Positions 49,195 through 57,835 of a DNA stretch of 64,000 nt are shown here, piece by piece. Location: NCBI RefSeq assembly GCF_018780385.1, contig NZ_JADMJO010000025.1, forward strand, positions 9,994 to 73,993. Direction: 5' to 3'. Origin of the DNA: Hydrogenophaga sp. (GTDB taxonomy: Bacteria > Pseudomonadota > Gammaproteobacteria > Burkholderiales > Burkholderiaceae_C). The translations under genes were made by a program, and so were the position numbers. Within the stretch, counting starts at the first letter, position 1; each line of letters begins with the position of its first letter. Below the pieces are notes generated by a model. It was given only the letters and a program-made list of their open reading frames with translations. It searched no databases and had not been told where the DNA came from.

Positions 49195-50097
49195 ATGAAG
49201 AAAGCTGATGTGAAGACGTCCGAGGCTGCCGCGTTGCTGGACAGGATCAAGGTCCTTGCGGTTCAGGCGATGTTCTCGGACGATGAGCTGCTAGAGCAAC
49301 TGGTCCTTAAGGGTGGGAACGCTATGGCCCTGGTGCATCAAATCAGCGCGCGCGCCTCAGTTGACCTGGACTTTTCGTTGAAACAGGACTTCGGCGATGA
49401 CGTCGCATCTGCTGAAGCGCGTATCCACAAGGCGTTGACCGAGAACTTTCGCGCGAGTGGGTACGAGGTATTCGACTTCCGCATGATCGAGAAGCCGCGG
49501 GCAATTTCCGAGGACATGCGCCATTTCTGGGGCGGCTACGCCGTCGAATTCAAACTGGCAACTGCCGATGTGTTCGCGGAGCATCGCGACGACTTGGAGG
49601 TCTTGCGCCGGCGTGCGGTCAACCTCGGGCTGGGCACCAAGTTCCTGATTGACATCAGCCGCTTCGAGTATGTCGACGACAAACAGCCAGTCGACTTCGA
49701 GGGCTACATGATCTACGTGTACTCGCCCGTGATGATCGTGTGTGAGAAGCTTCGGGCGATCTGCCAACAGATGCCCGAATACGGTCCCATCATCAAGCGG
49801 GATCGTGCCGGCAGCGCTCGCGCCCGGGACTTCGTTGACATCTTTGTGCTGATGGACACCCTAAAGCTGGACCCGACGACGGACAAGGTGGCCCAGATCT
49901 TGAGGTCAATGTTCGAGGTCAAGAAGGTGCCGTTGGCGTTCCTGGGCAAGGTGCCGGAGGTGTACGAGTTCCACCGGGCCGGTTTCGCCGCAGTGGAGGC
50001 GACCGTCACGCCGGGGTTCGACCTCCAGGAGTTTCGCTTCTACTTTGACTATGCGTTGGCCCTGATCAACAAACTAAAACCCGCTTGGGATGTGTAG
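49195..50097 (+). CDS. abiEii: AbiEii/AbiGii-family nucleotidyltransferase toxin
   Basis: LVLKGGNAM, RASVDLDFS, EKLRA, RARDFVD. Confidence 0.8.
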   Translation: MKKADVKTSEAAALLDRIKVLAVQAMFSDDELLEQLVLKGGNAMALVHQISARASVDLDFSLKQDFGDDVASAEARIHKALTENFRASGYEVFDFRMIEKPRAISEDMRHFWGGYAVEFKLATADVFAEHRDDLEVLRRRAVNLGLGTKFLIDISRFEYVDDKQPVDFEGYMIYVYSPVMIVCEKLRAICQQMPEYGPIIKRDRAGSARARDFVDIFVLMDTLKLDPTTDKVAQILRSMFEVKKVPLAFLGKVPEVYEFHRAGFAAVEATVTPGFDLQEFRFYFDYALALINKLKPAWDV

Positions 50098-50964
50098 CCG
50101 CCAGTCGCTGTCGTAGCGTGTGTCGTTCATCTCGTGCGTCAGATAGAAGTCTTGCTCCATGGGCAGACGCCGCACTAGGTCGATCTGGCTAGGCTTGTAG
50201 TCCGCGCGCTGCAGGTAATAGCCGACGGCCTGGTGGTAGGGATAGACAAAACTCAACTTGTGCAGCATCGCCACCAGCTTGTTGATGGACACGCGCTCCT
50301 TTGCCAGCTCGTACGCTTTTGCCACCTCAAAGACGCCGCCCGCATAGACCGGCCGCACTGTGATGTCGATCAAGGTGCGTTCTAGATTCGTCAGCCGGGC
50401 TTGGACCTCGGCCCCGCTTTCGTCTGTCATCAGTTCGGTGACGACGCCCAGGTGGCCGGTGTCGGCGCCGTTCAGCAAGTAGATCTTCTTGTCGTCGTAT
50501 TCCACCCAGTTACTTGAGGCGCGTGCCGGCTTCTTGAAGGCGTTGTCAATATCTGCCTGGCTGATCTTGCTGTCGCGTTCGCTTGCATGCGAGGCGGTTC
50601 GTTCGTCCGTGAGATAGATGGACTTGGGTGACTGCTCGGTCAGCCCGTGTGCGCGCATCGCCGTGTAGTGGCTGAAGTGCAGGTCTTTTTTCAGGCCTAG
50701 CAAGATGGCGAGCAAAGGGGCTTGGTCCCAGACGTAGCACTTCTCAGCCCGCTGAGGGAAGAGAAACTCATACTGTTTGAGCTTCGAATGCTTCTCCAGA
50801 AATTCGATAAATCGTTCAGCAGTTGTGTTTTGTGCAAGCCGCCAGAAATCCCGCTGTTCCGTGAGGATTGCGTAAATCTCTTTCGGCTTCAGGACATGGT
50901 CGGGAAGCGCGTCAAAGTGCCGAACGATGTCCGGCTTTGCGATCTGGATTCGAGTGCGATTCAT
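50074..50964 (-). CDS. abiEi: AbiEi-like type IV antitoxin
   Basis: HFSHYTAMRAHGLT, TNLERTLIDI...YAGG; convergent with the toxin, 24-bp 3' overlap. Confidence 0.65.
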   Translation of the reverse strand: MNRTRIQIAKPDIVRHFDALPDHVLKPKEIYAILTEQRDFWRLAQNTTAERFIEFLEKHSKLKQYEFLFPQRAEKCYVWDQAPLLAILLGLKKDLHFSHYTAMRAHGLTEQSPKSIYLTDERTASHASERDSKISQADIDNAFKKPARASSNWVEYDDKKIYLLNGADTGHLGVVTELMTDESGAEVQARLTNLERTLIDITVRPVYAGGVFEVAKAYELAKERVSINKLVAMLHKLSFVYPYHQAVGYYLQRADYKPSQIDLVRRLPMEQDFYLTHEMNDTRYDSDWRLHIPSGF

Positions 50965-51000
50965 CCGACAGGGTGAGCTCGCGAATCAATGTGGTCGGCG

Positions 51001-51316
51001 TACTTGGCAGCATGCATGCTGCCAAGTATGCCATTGATGAAGCGAGGCTACAAGCCATTTACCTCGAAGTCGGGATGGGAAATGTGGTGTTGTAACGCTG
51101 TGCTGTGCAGCGTTCACGCTGCACAGCATAACATAGGCACCGTGGGTAGTCAAATCGCATCTTCGCCAAGGAGCCAGGTCAAAGCGTTGTTTACAGGGAG
51201 CTCGTTGACTGCTAGGCTGGGGCATATATGCCCCAGCCTAGCAGTCAAACCATAGCCCTACTCTTGCAATTCCTTTCTAAATAGGTTATGCTATGGAGCG
51301 CATGCGCTCCATAGCA
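51001..51316. repeat. four perfect or near-perfect palindromes
   Basis: 28 bp (51001-51028), 13+2+13 (51101-51128), 44 bp (51205-51248), 28 bp (51289-51316). Confidence 0.9.
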
Positions 51317-51362
51317 CAGTGTATCACTCGCGCATACGGCCAACGGATCTCGGGAGATAGGA

Positions 51363-51887
51363 ATGACGATAGGCACGATCGAACTGGCCGAACAAGAGCT
51401 TGCCCTTCTTGAACAAATCGATTTCAACTGGCACTCCCATGACAGTGGCCGGCGTTCGTGTGACGCGGCTGCAAGGTTGATGCCGTTGCTTTTGCAGCGC
51501 AAAGCGATCCCCGAGCGCCGTTTGCGCTACTTTGACGATCCGGAGCTCAATGGAGGAAGAAAGTCCCGTCTGCAGGTGTTCGAAGGCAACGGCACTGTAG
51601 GAGTTGACATCTTTGGACACGGAAACTTTCTCCGTCATCTCCGCTATTTCATCCACGGGGCGGCATTGCCTGAGCGCATCAAAAGCCAGATGGCCGAGCT
51701 GGTCGGCGACCCCTCGTATTTCACCAGTGGTGACCTTGAGCCGGCGCGCAAGCTCGCTCGACAGTTGGCTCGATCGTCCGGGCTCGGATCTGCTTTGTCG
51801 GACAGCTTTTTCCAGTTGATGAATGACCTTGGATTAAGTCCAAGTTGCGCGGACTCAGTGCGACGAGCGGTACTGTCCGTGCGTTAG
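51363..51887 (+). CDS. hypothetical protein
   Basis: 174-aa ORF with RBS; no motif recognised. Confidence 0.65.
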   Translation: MTIGTIELAEQELALLEQIDFNWHSHDSGRRSCDAAARLMPLLLQRKAIPERRLRYFDDPELNGGRKSRLQVFEGNGTVGVDIFGHGNFLRHLRYFIHGAALPERIKSQMAELVGDPSYFTSGDLEPARKLARQLARSSGLGSALSDSFFQLMNDLGLSPSCADSVRRAVLSVR

Positions 51888-51985
51888 GCGACATCTGGGT
51901 TGCCAGGCGGTTTCGCTTTCCGCCTGGACGTTCAATCCAGCTTTCACGTCCCGTCCTGGCTAGGTAGAATATCGTATCGAGATCT

Positions 51986-52140
51986 GTGTACCCAAAGGTG
52001 TACCCCGAGAATCGAGACGTTCGTGAGAGCGAGCATTGGCGCGGGTTGGAGAGGATTTTTCGATCCAGCCCCAGGCACCACTTCTGTTTCTCAGACGATC
52101 CCAAGTTAGCCCAGAGTCCTTGTAAATCAAGAACTTAGCC
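51986..52140. other. possible relic att arm of an integrative element
   Basis: tandem GTGTACCC at 51986 and 51998; AT-rich TTGTAAATCAAGAACTTAG segment. Confidence 0.3.
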
Positions 52141-52221
52141 TGAAAAGGCGGCTCAAGCGGTATCGTTGAATTCCACAACGTCCCGTTCTTGCGTGTACCC
52201 CTACTCTGTGGCCGGTGTGAC

Positions 52222-52587
52222 CTATCGCGCGCTCATCAGCAGCGCAGCAAGCAATCCCAAACCGATCGCAATCGCTGCTGGATTGTCCGGCTTCTCTGAA
52301 ATCACATCGACGCCTTGCTGCCGAAGGCGCGCCTCGTACTGATCGGCCCACTGCAACACTTGGCCAGGCTGCAAGCCGAGCTGTGTTGCCGCGTTCCTGA
52401 GTTGCGAGAGGTTTAGTACGGAGTCGCCTGACTCAAGTCTGGAATAGGCGGACTGCGATAGTCCAAGGGTTGCTGCGAGATCGCCTTGCTTGATCCCGCG
52501 AGCCTCACGCTGCTGCGCCAATATCTTGCCGACCAAAGCGGGATAGGTGACCAACGGTTTTTGAGGGGGGATTGACTTTTCCTGCAT
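52222..52587 (-). CDS. XRE-family HTH regulator with hydrophobic C-terminal tail
   Basis: QGDLAATLGLSQSAYSRLESG; tail AAIAIGLGLLAALL. Confidence 0.8.
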   Translation of the reverse strand: MQEKSIPPQKPLVTYPALVGKILAQQREARGIKQGDLAATLGLSQSAYSRLESGDSVLNLSQLRNAATQLGLQPGQVLQWADQYEARLRQQGVDVISEKPDNPAAIAIGLGLLAALLMSAR

Positions 52588-52626
52588 GTATGCGTTTAAT
52601 GCAAATATGTTCAACAGGAGGATACC

Positions 52627-53040
52627 ATGATTCCCGTTTCAAACCATCAAAAGATCTGGGCACTTCCCGCAGGAACCGTCATTCGGGTTAACTGCGGTTT
52701 CTATGATCATGTGGCGTTGCTCAGTGATCGATGGATTGGCGGGGAGCGTGGTGTCTTGTCGTTTTCGGCGCAAAGCTGTGGGCTCGTCGAGCAATGCATA
52801 TCGACATTCGCGGCCGCTCGCCCTGTAACGGTAGACGGATATCTCGGTGGCCTGCCGCCCGGAACCGTGATGCAGCGTGCGCGGCTGAAGCAGGTACAGG
52901 GTTATTCATGGACAAAATTCAACTGCGAGCACTTCGTCCGTTACGCGCACGGCGTACCCGTGGAGAGCCCTCAGCTGCAGCAATGGGCGTTTCTGGGCAG
53001 CGCGTTCGGATTTCTCGCGCTCTTATCTGCAAAGGCATGA
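52627..53040 (+). CDS. LRAT-like (permuted NlpC/P60) protein
   Basis: YDHVAL and NCEHFVRY motifs; hydrophobic C-terminus; RBS aggagg. Confidence 0.7.
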   Translation: MIPVSNHQKIWALPAGTVIRVNCGFYDHVALLSDRWIGGERGVLSFSAQSCGLVEQCISTFAAARPVTVDGYLGGLPPGTVMQRARLKQVQGYSWTKFNCEHFVRYAHGVPVESPQLQQWAFLGSAFGFLALLSAKA

Positions 53041-53119
53041 GCACTCCAGACATTGGCATGGTCGGAGCGCCCAGCCGCTTCGGCGAGTTTGCATAGTTGG
53101 AGGCGAAGCCCAAATGAAA

Positions 53120-53150
53120 ACCCCGGCTCTAGGCCGGGGTGGATTTTTTA
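53120..53150 (+). terminator. intrinsic terminator, possibly bidirectional
   Basis: ACCCCGGC-N5-GCCGGGGT flanked by AAAA and TTTTT. Confidence 0.5.
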
Positions 53151-53178
53151 GGTCTTACGTGAAGGGTCTTAGGGAGAG

Positions 53179-54159
53179 TTGGCTGGTACTTCGGTCCTGC
53201 TTACCGTAAGACCTGGTGAATCAGGCCAAGGCTATGTTCTGAGGATGGCGTCCGAAAATGGGTTGCGCGGCTTGCCATTCGTCAAAAGCGGATTGGGGCG
53301 GTCTCGCTTCCACACGCTGGATGCAGATGATGCAGCGAGGATTTCCAAATGGTTTGGAGCGCCGGAGGGAGAACTCGCAGAGGCGTTGGGGCACATTTCC
53401 AGAGATGCCGCAAAAACCGGGTTCTCGTATGCGGGCCAAGAGATCGGCCGGAGCTATTTTCTCAATCGAGGACGTCCGCGAGTGTGTCCCCGGTGCATGT
53501 CGCAGCATGGCTTCTGTCGAGCGGAATGGGATTTTGTCCTCGTGGTGGCCTGTCCGCGGCACGCTTGCCTTTTGGCGGACAGGTGCCCGGTGTGCGACAA
53601 AGCGGTGGACTGGAACCGGCCGAGCCTGACGGCGTGTCAGTGCTACTCAGATTTGCGTGGTTGGAAGGCGCAGTCCGTTGTGCCACCGACGCTTGAGCTG
53701 GCGTTTGCGCAATGGGTGTCCGCGTTCGTGACCCCAGGTGCCCGCGATGAGGCCGCTGTCGAGAACACTGATGGAGCAGGGTTTGCATTGCTGAGGCTGC
53801 TTCGACCGCTGTCCCTCGGGGCCGGTTTGTCACTCACCTATGCACTTGCCAGTGCATGCCAGTATCCACTGAGCGGGGGCGGCCAGCGAGTCAAGAAGAA
53901 GACGTCACTGCTTCATGGCAGACAGGTGCTCCAGGCGGCGGACCGGCTGGTACAGAGGATTGCACAGGGGGAGCGGATAGAGCTGAGGGTGAGTCAACGC
54001 CCTGTGACAGTGGCGCTGCTATCTGAAGCCATGACCAAGGCAACATGCCCGGAGGATCGATCCATTGCACTCTCGATCCTGGGCTCCGTGTTGAGGCAAG
54101 GTGGGCGCACGAAATGGTCGGGCCAATACGGGCAGCTCTCGCAGTTGCCGCTTTTTTGA
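53179..54159 (+). CDS. tniQ: TniQ-family protein
   Basis: PGES..GYVLRMASENG, VCPRC, ACPRHACLLADRCPVC, CQC zinc-finger pattern. Confidence 0.75.
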   Translation: MAGTSVLLTVRPGESGQGYVLRMASENGLRGLPFVKSGLGRSRFHTLDADDAARISKWFGAPEGELAEALGHISRDAAKTGFSYAGQEIGRSYFLNRGRPRVCPRCMSQHGFCRAEWDFVLVVACPRHACLLADRCPVCDKAVDWNRPSLTACQCYSDLRGWKAQSVVPPTLELAFAQWVSAFVTPGARDEAAVENTDGAGFALLRLLRPLSLGAGLSLTYALASACQYPLSGGGQRVKKKTSLLHGRQVLQAADRLVQRIAQGERIELRVSQRPVTVALLSEAMTKATCPEDRSIALSILGSVLRQGGRTKWSGQYGQLSQLPLF

Positions 54160-54288
54160 TGTGCGTTTCACAGAAGCGATTTGTATGCACAGGAGCCAAG
54201 ACTATCAATCTCAAGTCAGCGATGTCATCCGTTCCCCTTCTTTTCGCCACAGGAAAACCCGGGCAGGCTGCCGAGAAAGACGCCGCAC

Positions 54289-54633
54289 ATGAAACGAATT
54301 GAACGACTGCAAGTCGCTACAAATGCTGTACGGATCTTGGTTCCAAAGATTCGTGAACATGGCACTTATCACCCCGCCACAGCACTTGAGCCAAGTCGTT
54401 GGGTGTGGGAATCGCTTGGCTACAGGCTGAGCCTTGTTGAGAACATTCTGTTGTCTCCCGTGGAACCCAGTCTCTCATCGTTGCTTGACATTTGGCCTCG
54501 TGGAGGAGGGAAGCAGTTCTCAGCAAGTTGGTACGCTGATCGGCCGTGGGTGCCTCCACGAGTCATCTGTTTTCATCAGGGCGCGTGGATGGATGTATTC
54601 AGTCTAGGTTCGAGATCAGTGGAAAGTGACTGA
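54289..54633 (+). CDS. hypothetical protein
   Basis: 114-aa ORF from ATG 54289. Confidence 0.45.
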   Translation: MKRIERLQVATNAVRILVPKIREHGTYHPATALEPSRWVWESLGYRLSLVENILLSPVEPSLSSLLDIWPRGGGKQFSASWYADRPWVPPRVICFHQGAWMDVFSLGSRSVESD

Positions 54634-54811
54634 CTATCGTCCCGCGATGTTTTTGCCTGCTTCTCCAGCACTTTTATGAGCGCGCTCTGCAGCGGCAAAT
54701 ACCACCGAGACCCTGCCTTCCATCAAACGACCTTGATCGCGGCAGTTGCAGCCACCATCTTTCGCACACTTACGCAGAATGGCCAAAGATTCAAAGCCGA
54801 CATGCCTGGCC

Positions 54812-55957
54812 ATGAGCCGCATTCATCACCGCCCCAAACTCGCGCTCGACATTGCCACGCAGCTGCTGAGTCCCGGCATCCTCGACCAGGGCCTTCGCTC
54901 CGGCCTGTTCCTATCTGGCCCGCGCCGCACCGGAAAAACCACCTTCCTGCGCCATGACCTGACACCGGCGCTGAAGAACGCTGGCGCATTTGTGATCTAC
55001 GTGGACCTGTGGTCGGATACCAGCGCAGAACCCAGCAAACTCATCCGCGCCGCCCTGTGCTCGGCGCTGGAGGGTCTGCAAGGCACGAGAGGGAATCTGC
55101 AAGGCCGAGCTGCAGGCTTGACGTTCGACTTCCAAATCTCCGACCTTGGCACCCCCACAGGTGCCACCATTGCGCAAGCAGCCACGGAAATCGTCGACCA
55201 GGCCAAAACCGATCTGGTCTTCATCGTCGATGAGGTCCAGCACATGCACACATCAGATGCCGGCCTTGCGCTCACGTACGCCTTTAAGGCAGCACGCGAT
55301 GCCGTCAACGCCCGGCCCCAAACCCCCGGCCACTTCATCTTCATTGGGGCCGGATCACACCGCGCCCAGGTCATGGGAATGACGGTGCAAGGTAGAAGCG
55401 CCTTCGAGGGCGCAACCTCTGCCGATTTCCCGACGCTGGGCGAGGACTACGTGCAGTCTGTCCTCGAGACACTGTTGAGTGAAGGCACCAATGTCATCCC
55501 CAGTCTGTCGGTGACCTGCGAGTCGTTCGTCCGACTCGGCTGCCGCCCCGAGGAACTGCGGCGCGCTTTGCGCACCCTGCAGCAATTCCAGCCGCAGGAG
55601 GCCGACCAGTACCTTCCGGTCATCGCCACCACACTCATGGAGGCTGCTGCCGATATCGAGATCACGAAGGTCGAGGAAATTGGCGTCCTTGCCTGTGCCG
55701 TCTTCGAGCGCATCGCCCTTGCAGAGGAGGACGCCAAAGGCCTTTTCTCCGCCTCCGCACTCAGTGCTTATTCCGGCGCGGTAGGGCGGGCTGTCTCCGC
55801 CGATCAGGTCCAGAGCACTGCCCAGCTTCTGCAGGACCGCAACATCATCGTTCGCAAGGGGTACGGACGGTATGCAATCACCGACCCGTTCATCCGGCAG
55901 ACCTGGTGCAATCGCGTCGCAGTACTGGCGCCGACCTTTCATCACAAACAGTCCTGA
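54812..55957 (+). CDS. AAA-type ATP-binding protein with probable C-terminal winged helix
   Basis: Walker A GPRRTGKT, Walker B FIVDEVQ, GYGRYAITDPF. Confidence 0.8.
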   Translation: MSRIHHRPKLALDIATQLLSPGILDQGLRSGLFLSGPRRTGKTTFLRHDLTPALKNAGAFVIYVDLWSDTSAEPSKLIRAALCSALEGLQGTRGNLQGRAAGLTFDFQISDLGTPTGATIAQAATEIVDQAKTDLVFIVDEVQHMHTSDAGLALTYAFKAARDAVNARPQTPGHFIFIGAGSHRAQVMGMTVQGRSAFEGATSADFPTLGEDYVQSVLETLLSEGTNVIPSLSVTCESFVRLGCRPEELRRALRTLQQFQPQEADQYLPVIATTLMEAAADIEITKVEEIGVLACAVFERIALAEEDAKGLFSASALSAYSGAVGRAVSADQVQSTAQLLQDRNIIVRKGYGRYAITDPFIRQTWCNRVAVLAPTFHHKQS

Positions 55958-56391
55958 CCAGCAATTCGCTTCATCAAACCTGAGCGGCGGGTTTTCCAAG
56001 AATGTGGCCCTTTCGCCGATGGATTTATTGAAGAGCAGCGATGCAATGCAAGCATCCCGTGTAGGGCGCTTCGCAAGCATGTCTCCAAGTCGTGCGACAG
56101 CGTCGAGGCTGGGAGGCGATCCATGGTTCGAGCTCGCGGGCATATCACGCCCCGGGCGCTACGATTTTTGGCGTGAGAACGTGAAGGCTTGAGCCCTGTT
56201 CACATCGATTGGTGTGTGCGGCAAGGCGATCAAATTTGCCAACTTAACGAACTTGACGAAGAATCCCGACTGAACGAAAATTGTGCCCATGCGCTGCAAT
56301 AGAGCAGTTCGTGAACCGGAGAAAACTTATGTTGACTTGGGATGAGACCAGGGTCTCTGGCCTGCCTCGCATCGCAGGGGTTTTTGCCCAA

Positions 56392-56484
56392 TATCAGATC
56401 ATTCGCCGCAGTGGCGGCCTGACGCCGTTTGAGCCCAACAGATTCGCCCACGCCATGATGACGGCGTTCCTGGCGGTGCACGGC
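56392..56484 (+). pseudogene. nrdA: ATP-cone fragment of ribonucleotide reductase alpha subunit
   Basis: YQIIRRSGGLTPFEPNRFAHAMMTAFLAVHG resembles the betaproteobacterial NrdA N-terminus. Confidence 0.5.
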
Positions 56485-56709
56485 GTTGTGGCTTTCGCTC
56501 AGCGCGCCTGCAGTGGATGGCTCCACGGTCTATGGCGCGCAATCAAACCATCCAAGGTCGGCGCACATGCAGTCAATCAAGCCATTGGGCTTGAACGACC
56601 TCTCTTGGTGACTTCGCTGCAAGGCCACTGCAAGGAGCGAAGTTTCTTCGGCAGCAGCAAACCCGACATGCGCAACGCACCTTGAACCGGTGCTCAAGAC
56701 TCAATCGCC

Positions 56710-57180
56710 ATGAACACCTTAACTTCCCCTTTTTCTGTTGCTTTTGACTCTCTCAACCCACGTCGCGCGAGTACGGCAGACCCCTACGCCAGTGAGGCGC
56801 AGACCGCTGTATTGCTGCGCCGTGGTGCCGAGTACAGGCGCCAACGCATCAATGCCTCGGACATGGTCTCGACCGATGAAGCTGCTGAACTGAGCGGGAC
56901 GACCCGCGTCACGATCAACGCTTGGATCAAGAGCGGCCGTTGCATTGGCGTGACGCATTTGCGTCGAGGCTTCAAGATGCCGAAATGGCAGTTTGAGCCC
57001 TACGTGTTCCCCGTGATTCAGGCACTGTCTGAAGTCCTGGGCACCACCGATGGGTGGCCACTGCTGTCGTTCTTGGAAACACCGCATGAGGCACTTGACG
57101 GACTGGCGCCACGCATTGCCCTGGAGCAGGGCGTGTCTGGCAGGCGCATTGTTGAACTGGCAACAGCAGAAGGGCATTGA
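56710..57180 (+). CDS. putative antitoxin (HTH plus Xre/MbcA-like C-terminus)
   Basis: STDEAAELSGTTRVTI, PKWQF, FLETPHEALDGLAPR; upstream of RES gene. Confidence 0.7.
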   Translation: MNTLTSPFSVAFDSLNPRRASTADPYASEAQTAVLLRRGAEYRRQRINASDMVSTDEAAELSGTTRVTINAWIKSGRCIGVTHLRRGFKMPKWQFEPYVFPVIQALSEVLGTTDGWPLLSFLETPHEALDGLAPRIALEQGVSGRRIVELATAEGH

Positions 57181-57192
57181 GCCTGACTGCCC

Positions 57193-57774
57193 ATGAAATT
57201 CAAAGATCTCAAGCCGCCTGTTATTGAACTGCCTGCACCCTGCGTTTTTCATCGCGTCCAGCTGATTCGGCCCCGCGCCCACAGCATTCGAATGAATGGC
57301 TTGTCCCTGCCCCCGCTTGGCTTGATGCAAGGGCGCTTTTGTTTGTCCAGCGAGCCGGTGGCCTATCTGGCCAATAGTCCGGAGACGGCACTGTACGAAT
57401 CTCTGCTCAGGCGCGAAACAGTGAGCAGAACCCTCTCGGAACTGCGCCGCAGATGCCTGGTGGAGTTCGTCACGTCAGGACCACTGCGTTTGGCCGACGC
57501 GCGTGGCTTGGCCGAGCCATACCCTGTGCTGCAGTCGCTTCGTGTGTCTCAAACACAGGAGCTGGCTGCAGAATGCAGAGCCATGGAACTCGATGGGGTG
57601 GTGTACGCCTCTGCGCAACATCCCCAGCACACCTGCCTTGCGCTGTTCAGTTCCGGCATCACCCGACTGAGCAAGCGAAGCTCTAAGCGACTCGTCAAGC
57701 CAGGAACCAATCGCCTGCTGCAGGTGTTGCAAGTCGCGCTATGGCGTTCGGGGGTGCCATTGGATGAGTGTTGA
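57193..57774 (+). CDS. RES-domain toxin
   Basis: GRF, AYLANSPETALYE, GVVYAS. Confidence 0.8.
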   Translation: MKFKDLKPPVIELPAPCVFHRVQLIRPRAHSIRMNGLSLPPLGLMQGRFCLSSEPVAYLANSPETALYESLLRRETVSRTLSELRRRCLVEFVTSGPLRLADARGLAEPYPVLQSLRVSQTQELAAECRAMELDGVVYASAQHPQHTCLALFSSGITRLSKRSSKRLVKPGTNRLLQVLQVALWRSGVPLDEC

Positions 57775-57835
57775 TCGATGTTGGGGGGTAGATGGCTTAG
57801 ATGACGGTCATCAGCGAACGTCCAACCGCGGTCGC

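Noticed and set aside
51883-51889. Integron attC core GTTAGGC at the end of 51363-51887
   Set aside because: No matching inverse core with attC-like dyad at a suitable distance and no integron integrase.
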